From the NCBI GenBank assembly GCA_044221725.1, contig JBGAON010000002.1:320001-384000 (forward strand): 64,000 bases of DNA, written 5' to 3'. Position numbers and translations under genes: made by a program. Below are positions 30,589-39,652 of the stretch, piece after piece (position 1 is the first letter of the stretch; each line of letters starts with the position of its first letter). Below the pieces are notes generated by a model, which ran no database searches, was not told the origin of the DNA, and was given only the letters and a program-made list of their open reading frames with translations. Source of the DNA: Elusimicrobiota bacterium (lineage in GTDB: Bacteria > Elusimicrobiota > Elusimicrobia > F11).

Positions 30589-31611
30589 ATGTCTGTTAAA
30601 GTAGGAATTAATGGTTTTGGACGCATCGGCCGTTTGGCTTTAAAGGCCGGCCTTCAGAACAAAGATCTCGAGTTCGTCGCCGTTAACGATTTGACCGACG
30701 CAAAAACGCTCGCTCACCTTTTCAAATACGACTCCACGTTCGGAATTTATCCTGGAACCGTCACCGCCGAAGCTGGTGCGATCATCATCGACGGAAAGAA
30801 AATCAAAGTGTTGGCCGAGCGCGACCCCAGCAAATTGCCATGGAAAGATCTTGGTGTTGAGATCGTTATCGAATCCACGGGCCATTTCACGGATGCTGAG
30901 AAAGCGAAGCTTCATCTCCAAGCGGGCGCAAAGAAAGTCATCATCTCGGCTCCAGCCAAAGGCGAAGACATCACTGTTTGTATGGGCATCAACGACAAAA
31001 ACTACGATGCCGGTAAACACAACATTATCTCGAACGCGTCTTGTACCACGAACGCGTTGGCGCCATTGGCCAAAGTTTTGAACGACAGCTTGAAAGTGAA
31101 AAAAGGACTCATGACCACAATTCACTCGTTCACGAACGATCAAGTAACGCTGGACTTCCCACACAAAGATCTTCGTCGCGCCCGCACCGCGAGCGCTTCG
31201 ATGATTCCAACGTCCACCGGTGCCGCGAAAGCCATCGGCTTGGTGTTGCCAGAACTTAAGGGGAAACTGAACGGTATTGCGATTCGTGTTCCTACTCAGG
31301 ACGTTTCGATTGTTGACTTGACGGTTGAAGTTGAGAAGCCGACCACGAAAGAAGAAGTCATCGGCATTTTCAAGAAGGCCGCTGAGACGAACCTCAAAGG
31401 GTATCTTCAGTTCAGCGATCAGCCGCTCGTTTCGACCGATTTCTTGGAAAACAAGAACTCTTCTATCTTCGATGCCGATCTCACCGAAGTCATGGACGGA
31501 ACGCAAGTGAAGGTATTTGGTTGGTACGACAACGAGTGGGGCTATTCGAATCGATTGATCGATTTGACCGCGCTCGTTGCTAAAACACTCAAAACCGCTG
31601 TCGCCGCTTAA
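30589..31611 (+). CDS. gap: Glyceraldehyde-3-phosphate dehydrogenase type I
   Basis: GINGFGRIG, SNASCTTN, WYDNEWGY. Confidence 0.97.
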   Translation: MSVKVGINGFGRIGRLALKAGLQNKDLEFVAVNDLTDAKTLAHLFKYDSTFGIYPGTVTAEAGAIIIDGKKIKVLAERDPSKLPWKDLGVEIVIESTGHFTDAEKAKLHLQAGAKKVIISAPAKGEDITVCMGINDKNYDAGKHNIISNASCTTNALAPLAKVLNDSLKVKKGLMTTIHSFTNDQVTLDFPHKDLRRARTASASMIPTSTGAAKAIGLVLPELKGKLNGIAIRVPTQDVSIVDLTVEVEKPTTKEEVIGIFKKAAETNLKGYLQFSDQPLVSTDFLENKNSSIFDADLTEVMDGTQVKVFGWYDNEWGYSNRLIDLTALVAKTLKTAVAA

Positions 31612-31617
31612 TTAATA

Positions 31618-32835
31618 ATGTCGTCTGTTGCAGAGGCGGTCATTCGCAAGAAATCATTCACGACGTTGCCACTCGCGGATCAGCGGGTGCTCGTGCGAGT
31701 GGATTTCAATGTTCCTTTCAACAAAGAAGGGAAAGTTTCTGATGATGCCCGTCTGCGGGCGCATCTTCCTACGATCGAATATTTGATCGAAAAGAAAGCG
31801 AAAGTCATTCTGATCGCCCATCTCGGCCGACCAAAAGGACAAGTTAATCCAAAATACAGCCTGAAGCCCGTGGTAAAACCGCTCAGTGATTTGCTGAGGC
31901 GTCCTGTTCAGTTCGTTGAAAATTGTGTTGGTCCAAAGGCGTTTGAGGCGGTCGCAAAACTCAAAGCGGGCGATATTTTGCTTCTTGAGAACCTTCGGTT
32001 TCACTCCGAAGAGGAATCGAACAATGCGGTTTTCGCGAAAGAGCTTGCGAGCTTGTCGGATGTGTTTGTGCAGGATGCGTTTGGTGCCGTTCATCGCGCT
32101 CACGCATCGACCGCGCAATTGCCGCTCCTGCGACCTTCCGGTGCTGGTTTCCTCCTTGAAAAGGAGCTTTCGTTCCTCGGTGGCCTGAAAGCCAATCCGG
32201 CGCGTCCCTACATGGCGATTCTTGGCGGAGCGAAAGTCTCCGACAAAATTGGCGTGGTGGAAGCATTCGTGAATCAGGTGAACATGCTTTTTATTGGCGG
32301 TGCGATGGCCTACACGTTCCTTAAAGCGCAGGGCGTCGAAGTGGGGGATTCTCGTATTGAGCCCGATTTCGTTAATTTTTGTAGCGAGGTGTTGCTCAAG
32401 GCGCGCGACAAAGGTGTGAAGGTGCTTTTGCCTAAGGATCATTTGATTGTAAAAGATATTGAAAATCCGTCCGAAGCGAAAACGACCGACATCCCGGCGA
32501 TTTCGTCCGGTTGGAAAGGCGTCGACATTGGCCCGAAGACGCTCGCCGAGATCGAACCGCTCATCAAAGGTTCAAAGACGATTTTCTGGAACGGCCCTGC
32601 CGGAATTTTTGAGGTAGATACCTACGCCAAAGGCACGATGCAGATCGCGCATTTGGTTGCGGCGGCTGCCAAATCGGGATCGACTGTTGTGGTTGGTGGT
32701 GGTGATTCGGTGGCGGCGGTTAACAAAGCGGGCGTGGCGGAACAGATTACTTACATTTCGACCGGTGGCGGTGCTTCCATGGAATTCTTGGAAGGACAAG
32801 AACTCCCCGGCGTCAAGGCATTGCCAGAGGCATAA
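31618..32835 (+). CDS. pgk: Phosphoglycerate kinase
   Basis: RVDFNVP, HLGRP, LENLRF, GGAKVSDK, STGGGA. Confidence 0.97.
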   Translation: MSSVAEAVIRKKSFTTLPLADQRVLVRVDFNVPFNKEGKVSDDARLRAHLPTIEYLIEKKAKVILIAHLGRPKGQVNPKYSLKPVVKPLSDLLRRPVQFVENCVGPKAFEAVAKLKAGDILLLENLRFHSEEESNNAVFAKELASLSDVFVQDAFGAVHRAHASTAQLPLLRPSGAGFLLEKELSFLGGLKANPARPYMAILGGAKVSDKIGVVEAFVNQVNMLFIGGAMAYTFLKAQGVEVGDSRIEPDFVNFCSEVLLKARDKGVKVLLPKDHLIVKDIENPSEAKTTDIPAISSGWKGVDIGPKTLAEIEPLIKGSKTIFWNGPAGIFEVDTYAKGTMQIAHLVAAAAKSGSTVVVGGGDSVAAVNKAGVAEQITYISTGGGASMEFLEGQELPGVKALPEA

Positions 32836-32838
32836 AAC

Positions 32839-33207
32839 ATGTATCCGATTATTCTTACAATTCACATTATTGTTTGCGTTCTTGTTGTTCTCATCGTTCT
32901 CATTCAAGCGGGACGTAGCGGTGGTTTCTCCGGGCTTATGGGCGGTGGCGGGGGGGACGCGATTTTCTCCACGTCAAGTCAGCAGTCGGGTCTCCGGAAA
33001 GCAACGGTTATTCTTGCCGCGGTGTTCATGGCGACGTCGCTTTTCTTGACGATTCTTTCGAGTCGCCAGACGGGCCAATCGGTTTTCCAACGCCAATTCC
33101 CAGCATTGCCGCAACCGGCGGCACCGTCGCAGTCGCAAACTGGGTTCAATCAGACGGCGCCAATGGCGCCGGCACAGCCAGCCGCGCCAGAAGCTGGTAA
33201 AAAATAA
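32839..33207 (+). CDS. secG: Preprotein translocase subunit SecG
   Basis: VLIQ..GG, two TMs, followed by tRNA-Leu. Confidence 0.9.
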   Translation: MYPIILTIHIIVCVLVVLIVLIQAGRSGGFSGLMGGGGGDAIFSTSSQQSGLRKATVILAAVFMATSLFLTILSSRQTGQSVFQRQFPALPQPAAPSQSQTGFNQTAPMAPAQPAAPEAGKK

Positions 33208-33251
33208 TTTTTTAATTTTGTAGTTTTGTCGCCGATGTTTTAGGCGAATTC

Positions 33252-33335
33252 GCGCGGGTGGTGGAACTGGCAGACACGCCATCTTGAGGTGGTGGTGCCC
33301 TTACGGGTTTGCAGGTTCAAGTCCTGTCCCGCGCA
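33252..33335 (+). tRNA. tRNA-Leu(GAG)
   Basis: GCGCGGG/CCCGCGC acceptor stem, anticodon loop TTGAGGT, long variable arm, GGTTCAAGTCC; no encoded CCA. Confidence 0.93.
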
Positions 33336-33353
33336 GATTTTTAAGCCGCTCAT

Positions 33354-33424
33354 GCGGGTGTGGTACAATGGTAGAACACGACCTTGCCAAGGTTGAGACG
33401 AGGGTTCGATTCCCTTCACCCGCT
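33354..33424 (+). tRNA. tRNA-Gly(GCC)
   Basis: GCGGGTG/CACCCGC acceptor stem, anticodon loop TTGCCAA, GGTTCGATTCC. Confidence 0.95.
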
Positions 33425-33454
33425 AATTTTCCTAACCGATAAAGAGCCCCATTT

Positions 33455-33910
33455 ATGATCCGACGTATGCGCTGGTTCTCACTTCTCTTGATTTTTATCC
33501 TGCCTTGTTTCGCCGGTGACGAACCGTTGCAGAAAGCCATAAGTGCTGCCAATGAAGGACGTACCGCCGAGGCGATATCCCAGTTGGAGTCGTTGCGTAG
33601 CGCCAACCCGAACGATGTGCGTGTGTTGCAAAGTTTGGGGCTGCTTTACAAATCCGCGGGGCGCTACCAGGACGCATTGGAAACTTTGGAAGCCGCGAGC
33701 CGGTTGAATGGATCAGCAGAGGCGACCTACGCACTGAGTCTGTTGTACGAATACCGGTTCGTTCATGCGCCGTCGGCGGCTTCGAAAGAAGAATACCGGC
33801 AAAAGGCCCTGAATTCCTGGAACCGGTTTCTGGCTCAAGGATCCGCCAACGCGGAACAAATGGCAACCGCGCAGCGTCACGTAAAGACGCTTTCGGAAAC
33901 GAAACAGTGA
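33455..33910 (+). CDS. Exported TPR protein
   Basis: Signal peptide and TPR-like helices (LGLLYKSAGRYQDALETLEAA). Confidence 0.75.
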   Translation: MIRRMRWFSLLLIFILPCFAGDEPLQKAISAANEGRTAEAISQLESLRSANPNDVRVLQSLGLLYKSAGRYQDALETLEAASRLNGSAEATYALSLLYEYRFVHAPSAASKEEYRQKALNSWNRFLAQGSANAEQMATAQRHVKTLSETKQ

Positions 33911-34614
33911 AATCGATTTCATTCGTTGTGGCCGGATTTCTGATCGCGCTTACTGGTTGTGCCGCGTCGAGCGTATCGATCAATCAGAATTATGATATGG
34001 CGCGGATCAAGCGGATCGCGGTGCTGAAATTTGAACCGTTGGCGGAAAGTCCCGAATCGAGTGCAGCGTTGTCCGTGGTTTTTGAGAAAGCGCTTCTCGA
34101 GCAGGGCTATCAGATCGTGGAGCGCTCGGAAGTTGAGAAAATTTTGAAGGAACAACATTTTGAGTTAACAGGAGCCGTGGATCCGGCTCAAGCGATGCGG
34201 CTTGGAAAAATGTTGGGTGTGGATGCGCTATTGTTTGGAAACGTCACAACGTTTCGACCCAGCCACAAGAGTGTGTATTTGATTGATACGGTTTCAACGC
34301 GTCAGGAGCCGGTCATTGCAAGAAAAACTCGAACCGTTGTTCAGGATGGGAAGCCGGTCACACAAGAGTATGAAGAGATCCGTGGTTACAAAACCATTCG
34401 AGATAAATCTCAGACGCCGCAAGTGTACACGCTGCAAGCGGAAGTGGCCGCCGTGGTACGAATGATCGATGCGACCAACGGCGAAATTATTTGGGTGGGA
34501 AATGATATGCAAGAGGCGGTGGATACGCAAACGGCCGCCGAGATTATCGCGAACACGATTGTGCACGACTGGAAGAAGGTCGTAAAGCGGGCGACCGCAA
34601 GGAAAAACACATGA
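33907..34614 (+). CDS. CsgG/HfaB-family lipoprotein
   Basis: Lipobox LTGC; VERSEVEKILKEQ, LGKMLGVDALLFG, RMIDATNGEIIW. Confidence 0.8.
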   Translation: MKSISFVVAGFLIALTGCAASSVSINQNYDMARIKRIAVLKFEPLAESPESSAALSVVFEKALLEQGYQIVERSEVEKILKEQHFELTGAVDPAQAMRLGKMLGVDALLFGNVTTFRPSHKSVYLIDTVSTRQEPVIARKTRTVVQDGKPVTQEYEEIRGYKTIRDKSQTPQVYTLQAEVAAVVRMIDATNGEIIWVGNDMQEAVDTQTAAEIIANTIVHDWKKVVKRATARKNT

Positions 34615-35534
34615 CAACACCAATGACGGACTTGGCTTCGAAAGTCCAGGATCTTAAAAAGAAACGAAACGCGATTATTCTTGCGCACAACTATCAATTG
34701 CCGGAGGTTCAAGACGTCGCTGATGTCATCGGCGATTCGTTGATGCTTTCCCAGAAAGCGGCGGCGACCGACAAAGACGTGATTGTGTTCTGTGGTGTCC
34801 ATTTTATGGCAGAGACGGCGTCAATTCTCGCGCCGGATAAAAAGGTTTTAATTCCCGACCTCGAGGCCGGATGTTCGCTGGCCGCTACAATCACCGCCGA
34901 TGCGCTGCGGAAATGGAAACAGGAACATCCGGGCGTCGTTGTTGTTACCTACGTTAACTCAAGCGCTGAGGTAAAAGCGGAATCCGACTATTGCTGCACA
35001 TCGTCAAATGCGGTCAGCGTCGTCGAATCGATTCCAAAAAACAAAGAGATTTTGTTTGCGCCCGATATGTACCTGGGCGATTGGGTGCGTCGTCAAACCG
35101 GACGGAAGATCCATTTGTGGCCCGGGTCGTGTCACGTGCATCATTTGATTAAGACCGATGAGATTGAGTCGCTCAAGCACGAGCACCCGCAAGCGAAGAT
35201 TGTTATTCATCCGGAATGCGGATGCACGTCGTCAACGCTGCCGATCGCAGACAAAATTCTTTCGACGGAAGGAATGGTTCGCTACGCTAAAGAAGATGCA
35301 GGAAAAGAGTATATTGTGGGAACCGAAACGGGGATCTTGAGCCGTATGCGAAAAGACAATCCCGAGAAAAGATTTTACCCGGCAAACGCCCGAGCCGTTT
35401 GTGAGTTTATGAAGATGATTACGCTCGAAAAAGTTTTGTGGTCGCTCGAAGATTTGAAATACGAAGTCAAAGTCCCGAAAGCGGTGGCCGACAAGGCGCG
35501 CCTAGCAATCGATCGAATGGTGGCAATAACATAA
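34611..35534 (+). CDS. nadA: Quinolinate synthase
   Basis: LAHNYQ, FCGVHFMAE, AGCSLA, YVNS, CHVH, HPEC, CEFMK. Confidence 0.96.
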   Translation: MTTPMTDLASKVQDLKKKRNAIILAHNYQLPEVQDVADVIGDSLMLSQKAAATDKDVIVFCGVHFMAETASILAPDKKVLIPDLEAGCSLAATITADALRKWKQEHPGVVVVTYVNSSAEVKAESDYCCTSSNAVSVVESIPKNKEILFAPDMYLGDWVRRQTGRKIHLWPGSCHVHHLIKTDEIESLKHEHPQAKIVIHPECGCTSSTLPIADKILSTEGMVRYAKEDAGKEYIVGTETGILSRMRKDNPEKRFYPANARAVCEFMKMITLEKVLWSLEDLKYEVKVPKAVADKARLAIDRMVAIT

Positions 35535-35929
35535 TGTCCTTAAGATTTAAATATTTTACCCTACAAGAAGCCGAGGCCCTGATTCCGGAAGTAAACGGAA
35601 TCATGTCGCTTGCGTTGCAGACAAAAAACGAGATTGAACGAAAGGTTCAACAGTGGCGCGACAACAAAAAGGGCTTGGGCGAAGTGGAGGAGGCCGTGTT
35701 TCGTGGCCAGGTTGACTTCCTTGCCTCCCAACTGGAAGACCAACTCGCGAGGATCGCGGAATTGGGATGCATACCAAAGAATTTGGATATGGGGCTCGTG
35801 GATTTTCCCGCGCGTGTTGAATCGAAGGAAGGTTTTTTGTGCTGGAAGATAGGCGAAGAGAAAATCACGCATTGGCATGGGCTCACCGAAGGTTTTAAGG
35901 GCCGCAAACCATTAAAGAGAGAGGCGTAG
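35534..35929 (+). CDS. DUF2203-like protein
   Basis: FTLQEA..LIP, GLVDFP, LCWK.GE..I.HWH...GF.GR. Confidence 0.85.
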   Translation: MSLRFKYFTLQEAEALIPEVNGIMSLALQTKNEIERKVQQWRDNKKGLGEVEEAVFRGQVDFLASQLEDQLARIAELGCIPKNLDMGLVDFPARVESKEGFLCWKIGEEKITHWHGLTEGFKGRKPLKREA

Positions 35930-35932
35930 ATC

Positions 35933-36538
35933 GTGGCGAATTCGAAGTCGGATATAGACGTGGCGTCGGTGGAAGAGAAATTAACCCAGCTTCCGGTTCT
36001 CGTTGAAAAGATGCTCACGCATTTGGGCGAGGATCCAAAGCGGGAGGGTTTGCTCAAGACGCCGCACCGCGTCGCGAAGTCGTTGTTGGACCTCACGGCC
36101 GGGTACCACGTCGATATTGACGCGCTAATCAATCGAGCGATTTTTCACGAAAATTATAACGAGATGGTCGTTGTGAAAGATATCCGTTTTTATTCTCTGT
36201 GCGAACACCACATGTTGCCCTTTTTTGGTACCGCGAACGTGGCGTACATTCCAAACGGAAAGATTATCGGGTTGTCGAAAATACCGAAGCTCGTGGACGT
36301 GTTCGCGCGGCGTTTGCAGGTGCAAGAGCGTATGACTCAGCAGATCGCGGACACGTTGCAGGAAAAATTGTCGCCGCTCGGTGTCGCGGTCGTGATAGAG
36401 GCCCGCCATCTCTGTATGGAAATGCGCGGCGCGAAGAGCCAAGACTCCCCGACCGTGACAAGCGCAATGCTCGGCGCGTTCCGGGGCAGCGCTCGTACCC
36501 GCGAAGAATTTCTTTCCTTCATTCATCGTCATCGCTGA
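35933..36538 (+). CDS. folE: GTP cyclohydrolase I
   Basis: [33 protein letters not shown]. Confidence 0.96.
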   Translation: MANSKSDIDVASVEEKLTQLPVLVEKMLTHLGEDPKREGLLKTPHRVAKSLLDLTAGYHVDIDALINRAIFHENYNEMVVVKDIRFYSLCEHHMLPFFGTANVAYIPNGKIIGLSKIPKLVDVFARRLQVQERMTQQIADTLQEKLSPLGVAVVIEARHLCMEMRGAKSQDSPTVTSAMLGAFRGSARTREEFLSFIHRHR

Positions 36539-36550
36539 GTTGTTTTTGCA

Positions 36551-37216
36551 ATGCTGCTCATGACGAAGATCGAAACAATTCTTTTTGATTTGGATGGCAC
36601 TCTGATTGATTCGCGCGCGGATCTCACGAACGCGGTAAACCATGCGCTGACGTCGGTGAAGCTGGCGCCGCTGTCGCAAGAAGACGTTTTGCCGCATGTC
36701 GGAAACGGAATGCGGGTTCTCCTAAGCGAGGTGTTGGGCCCGGTTTCCGATGAGCTTCTCGAATCGGCAATTTGTTCGTTTGGGAATTTTTATCGCGAGC
36801 ACTGTGTTGACCACACGGTGCCGTACGACGGTGTGAAAGAGGGGTTGGCCGCTCTCACCGCGCACGGTCGCGTCGGCGTCGTGACAAACAAGCCGGAATA
36901 TTTTTCGCGCAGAATCATAGAGCGGTTGGGACTTTCGAAATTTGTGTCTGTTATCGTTGGTGGCGATTCGTCGCACGAAAAGAAACCGCATCCGGCGCCG
37001 GTGTTAAAGGCGATCCGCGATATGAAAAGCCATACGGAGTCGGCGCTTATGGTGGGCGACGGCATCCAAGACATACAAGCGGGACACGCGGCGGGGCTTC
37101 GCACGTGCGTGGCGCGTTACGGATTCGGATTTCATATTGAATCGCTTGACCTTAAACCGAATTTTCAAATTCGCCGTTTTCTTGAGTTACTTGATTTAAA
37201 GGAGATAGTTTCATGA
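36551..37216 (+). CDS. HAD phosphatase (Gph-like)
   Basis: FDLDGTLIDS, VTNK, KPHP, MVGD. Confidence 0.88.
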   Translation: MLLMTKIETILFDLDGTLIDSRADLTNAVNHALTSVKLAPLSQEDVLPHVGNGMRVLLSEVLGPVSDELLESAICSFGNFYREHCVDHTVPYDGVKEGLAALTAHGRVGVVTNKPEYFSRRIIERLGLSKFVSVIVGGDSSHEKKPHPAPVLKAIRDMKSHTESALMVGDGIQDIQAGHAAGLRTCVARYGFGFHIESLDLKPNFQIRRFLELLDLKEIVS

Positions 37217-38370
37217 CAACCACACTCACAAACGAAGAAATACTTCGTTACTCGCGCCATTTGATTTTGCCCGAAGTGGGCAAAGCGGGCCAAGAGAAGC
37301 TGAAGAATGCCAAGGTCATGCTCATCGGCTCGGGCGGGCTTGGATCTCCGAACGCACTTTATCTCGCGGCCGCCGGCATCGGGACCATCGGAATCATCGA
37401 TTTCGACGTCGTCGACCACACCAATCTGCAACGCCAGTTGTTGTTCGGGTCGGACGCGGTGGGAAAGCCAAAAGTGGACGGCGCAAAGAAACGGATGCAA
37501 GAAGTGAACCCGAATGTGATCGTGAATACGTACAACGAGAAACTCTCAAGTGAAAACGCCATGAGAATTTTTAAAGATTACGATCTTATCATCGATGGAA
37601 CAGACAACTTCCCGACGCGCTACTTGGTAAACGATGCGTGCGTGTTTCTAAACAAAACAAACATTTACGGAAGTATCTTCCGGTTCGAAGGCCAGGCGAC
37701 GGTGTTTAAACCCAAAGACGGTCCGTGCTACCGTTGCTTGTACCCGGAGCCGCCGCCGCCCGGTGAAGTGCCATCGTGCGCCGAAGGAGGCGTTCTCGGA
37801 ATTCTTCCAGGCTTGGTCGGGATGATTCAAGCGTCCGAAGCAGTGAAATATTTCCTGGGCAAAGGGGAATCGCTTGTCGGTCGTTTGTTGCAGATCAGCG
37901 TGCTCGATATGACGTTCCGCGAACTAAAAATTCGTCGGGATCCCGAATGCCCCGTTTGCGGCGACAATCCCACGATCAAAGAACTCATCGATTACGAACA
38001 GTTCTGCGGCATCGGTCTCGGTCTCGAGGCACCGGAGCAGGATACGAAGGGTGTTCCTGAAATTTCGCCCGAAGATCTCAAAGATCTCATCGATACCAAC
38101 GGCAAGAAGCTTAATCTCATCGACGTTCGCGAGCCGTACGAAGCGGATATTTCAACCATTTCTGGCAGCAAGTTGATTCCGCTCGGAACGTTAATGGACC
38201 GCGTGAGCGAACTGGATTCAAGCCAGGAGTACATTATTTATTGCCGCTCCGGCGCTCGCTCGGCAAAAGCCATTCAGCAACTTCAAAAGATGGGGTTCAA
38301 AAAGCTCAAGAATCTCCAAGGCGGCATAAACGCGTTTGCCGATGTTGACGGGAATATAGCGAAGTACTAG
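37213..38370 (+). CDS. moeB: MoeB/MoeZ-type adenylyltransferase with a C-terminal rhodanese
   Basis: RYSRH, GSGGLG, NLQRQ, CYRC, CPVC; rhodanese loop CRSGARS. Confidence 0.88.
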   Translation: MTTTLTNEEILRYSRHLILPEVGKAGQEKLKNAKVMLIGSGGLGSPNALYLAAAGIGTIGIIDFDVVDHTNLQRQLLFGSDAVGKPKVDGAKKRMQEVNPNVIVNTYNEKLSSENAMRIFKDYDLIIDGTDNFPTRYLVNDACVFLNKTNIYGSIFRFEGQATVFKPKDGPCYRCLYPEPPPPGEVPSCAEGGVLGILPGLVGMIQASEAVKYFLGKGESLVGRLLQISVLDMTFRELKIRRDPECPVCGDNPTIKELIDYEQFCGIGLGLEAPEQDTKGVPEISPEDLKDLIDTNGKKLNLIDVREPYEADISTISGSKLIPLGTLMDRVSELDSSQEYIIYCRSGARSAKAIQQLQKMGFKKLKNLQGGINAFADVDGNIAKY

Positions 38371-38379
38371 GGTTTCTCA

Positions 38380-39582
38380 ATGAAACGAAGCTGGTTGTTG
38401 GGTAGCAGCCTGCTGCTACTATCCTTTACTCGTGCATTTGGAGCAAACGATATGAGCAACTTTGAGTACTCGGCTTTAAGTTCCCACGAAGGTGTCGTGG
38501 ATGAAGTTCATCAGCGATTGTTTCTCCCCGGATATTCCCGTGTCTGGGTTTTCGACGCGACAAAAATTGCCGATGGGATGAAAGCGATGCACTGGCTTGG
38601 TCACAGCGGTGAGCTCTATGGCGCGCCGGAAAAAACCACAGCTTCGGAAATGGTTCAGGCGGGTTCGGCCGCGTACGACCGCGTTAACAACCGGTTGTTC
38701 GTCATCGACCATGAACGTGTTCTTGTTTTTGATGCGGCCAATATCAAGGACGGAATGCCGGCCTTTGGCGTCATCGGTCAGCCGGATTTCACATCTTCCC
38801 AAGAATACACGCATCTTCAAGACTTTGGATTCCCAAGCGGTTTGGCCTACGATTCCAAGCGGCAGCGTTTGTTTGTTGCCTGTTCCGAGCGCGCGCATGT
38901 TCTCGTGTACGACGTTTCGAACCTAACCTTGGGTCTTGCTCCATCGTTCGTGCTCGGGAAAAAAGAAGCGCCTGGAAAGATGGAGTCGCCGCGCATGATG
39001 ACACCCGAAGAATACAATCCCGGTTTCTGGAGTCGGATAAAGATGTTCGTCGCGTCAGTGGTTTCGTCGATAACGGAAAAATTCGCGCCGAGTGGCCGTT
39101 GGAGAATCTCGTATCCGTACGGTCTTGCGTTTGATGAACAGCACGACCGGTTGTTTGTGACGGATCGGAACGCGCATCGCGTGCTGGTTTTTAATGCAGC
39201 GAAAATCGAGAACGGGATGAACGCGGACGCCGTTCTGGGCCAACCCAACTTTGGCGCGTACGCGGAACCCCGCCGTGTTTCGGATGCCAATTTGCGAATT
39301 CCCGCGAGCGTCGTTTACGATTCGAAACAAGATCGGATTTTTGTGAGCGATGTGGGGCGCAATCGCGTTCTCGTATTCGATACGAAGAAGATCGAAAATG
39401 GTCAGAAAGCAGTGGCTGTGCTCGGCCCCATGGACAACGAATCTTTTGGAAAGCTGACGTTTGATCCCATTGGCAATCGGCTCATTGTGGGCGCCAATGA
39501 AAAATTGTTGATTTATGACGCGACAAATATTTCTGCCGATATGAAACCATCCATTGTTGTTCACGCCAAACATCGGAAATAA
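38380..39582 (+). CDS. Exported NHL-repeat beta-propeller
   Basis: Signal peptide and about 6 repeats of D...RLFV....RVLVFD...I.DGM.A..V.GQ. Confidence 0.8.
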   Translation: MKRSWLLGSSLLLLSFTRAFGANDMSNFEYSALSSHEGVVDEVHQRLFLPGYSRVWVFDATKIADGMKAMHWLGHSGELYGAPEKTTASEMVQAGSAAYDRVNNRLFVIDHERVLVFDAANIKDGMPAFGVIGQPDFTSSQEYTHLQDFGFPSGLAYDSKRQRLFVACSERAHVLVYDVSNLTLGLAPSFVLGKKEAPGKMESPRMMTPEEYNPGFWSRIKMFVASVVSSITEKFAPSGRWRISYPYGLAFDEQHDRLFVTDRNAHRVLVFNAAKIENGMNADAVLGQPNFGAYAEPRRVSDANLRIPASVVYDSKQDRIFVSDVGRNRVLVFDTKKIENGQKAVAVLGPMDNESFGKLTFDPIGNRLIVGANEKLLIYDATNISADMKPSIVVHAKHRK

Positions 39583-39652
39583 CGCCTCGCTCTTAGTCGG
39601 AATTTAATCCCCCGTTTACAATTCCTTTATAGGACTTTCTTAGTATGCGCAG

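Noticed and set aside
33907..34614. Curli secretion system
   Set aside because: The CsgG-like gene stands alone, without curlin-repeat, CsgE or CsgF genes.
39615..39646. sigma70 promoter for the giant gene (TTTACA...TAGTAT)
   Set aside because: The spacing is 20 bp and the site is too close to the ATG.
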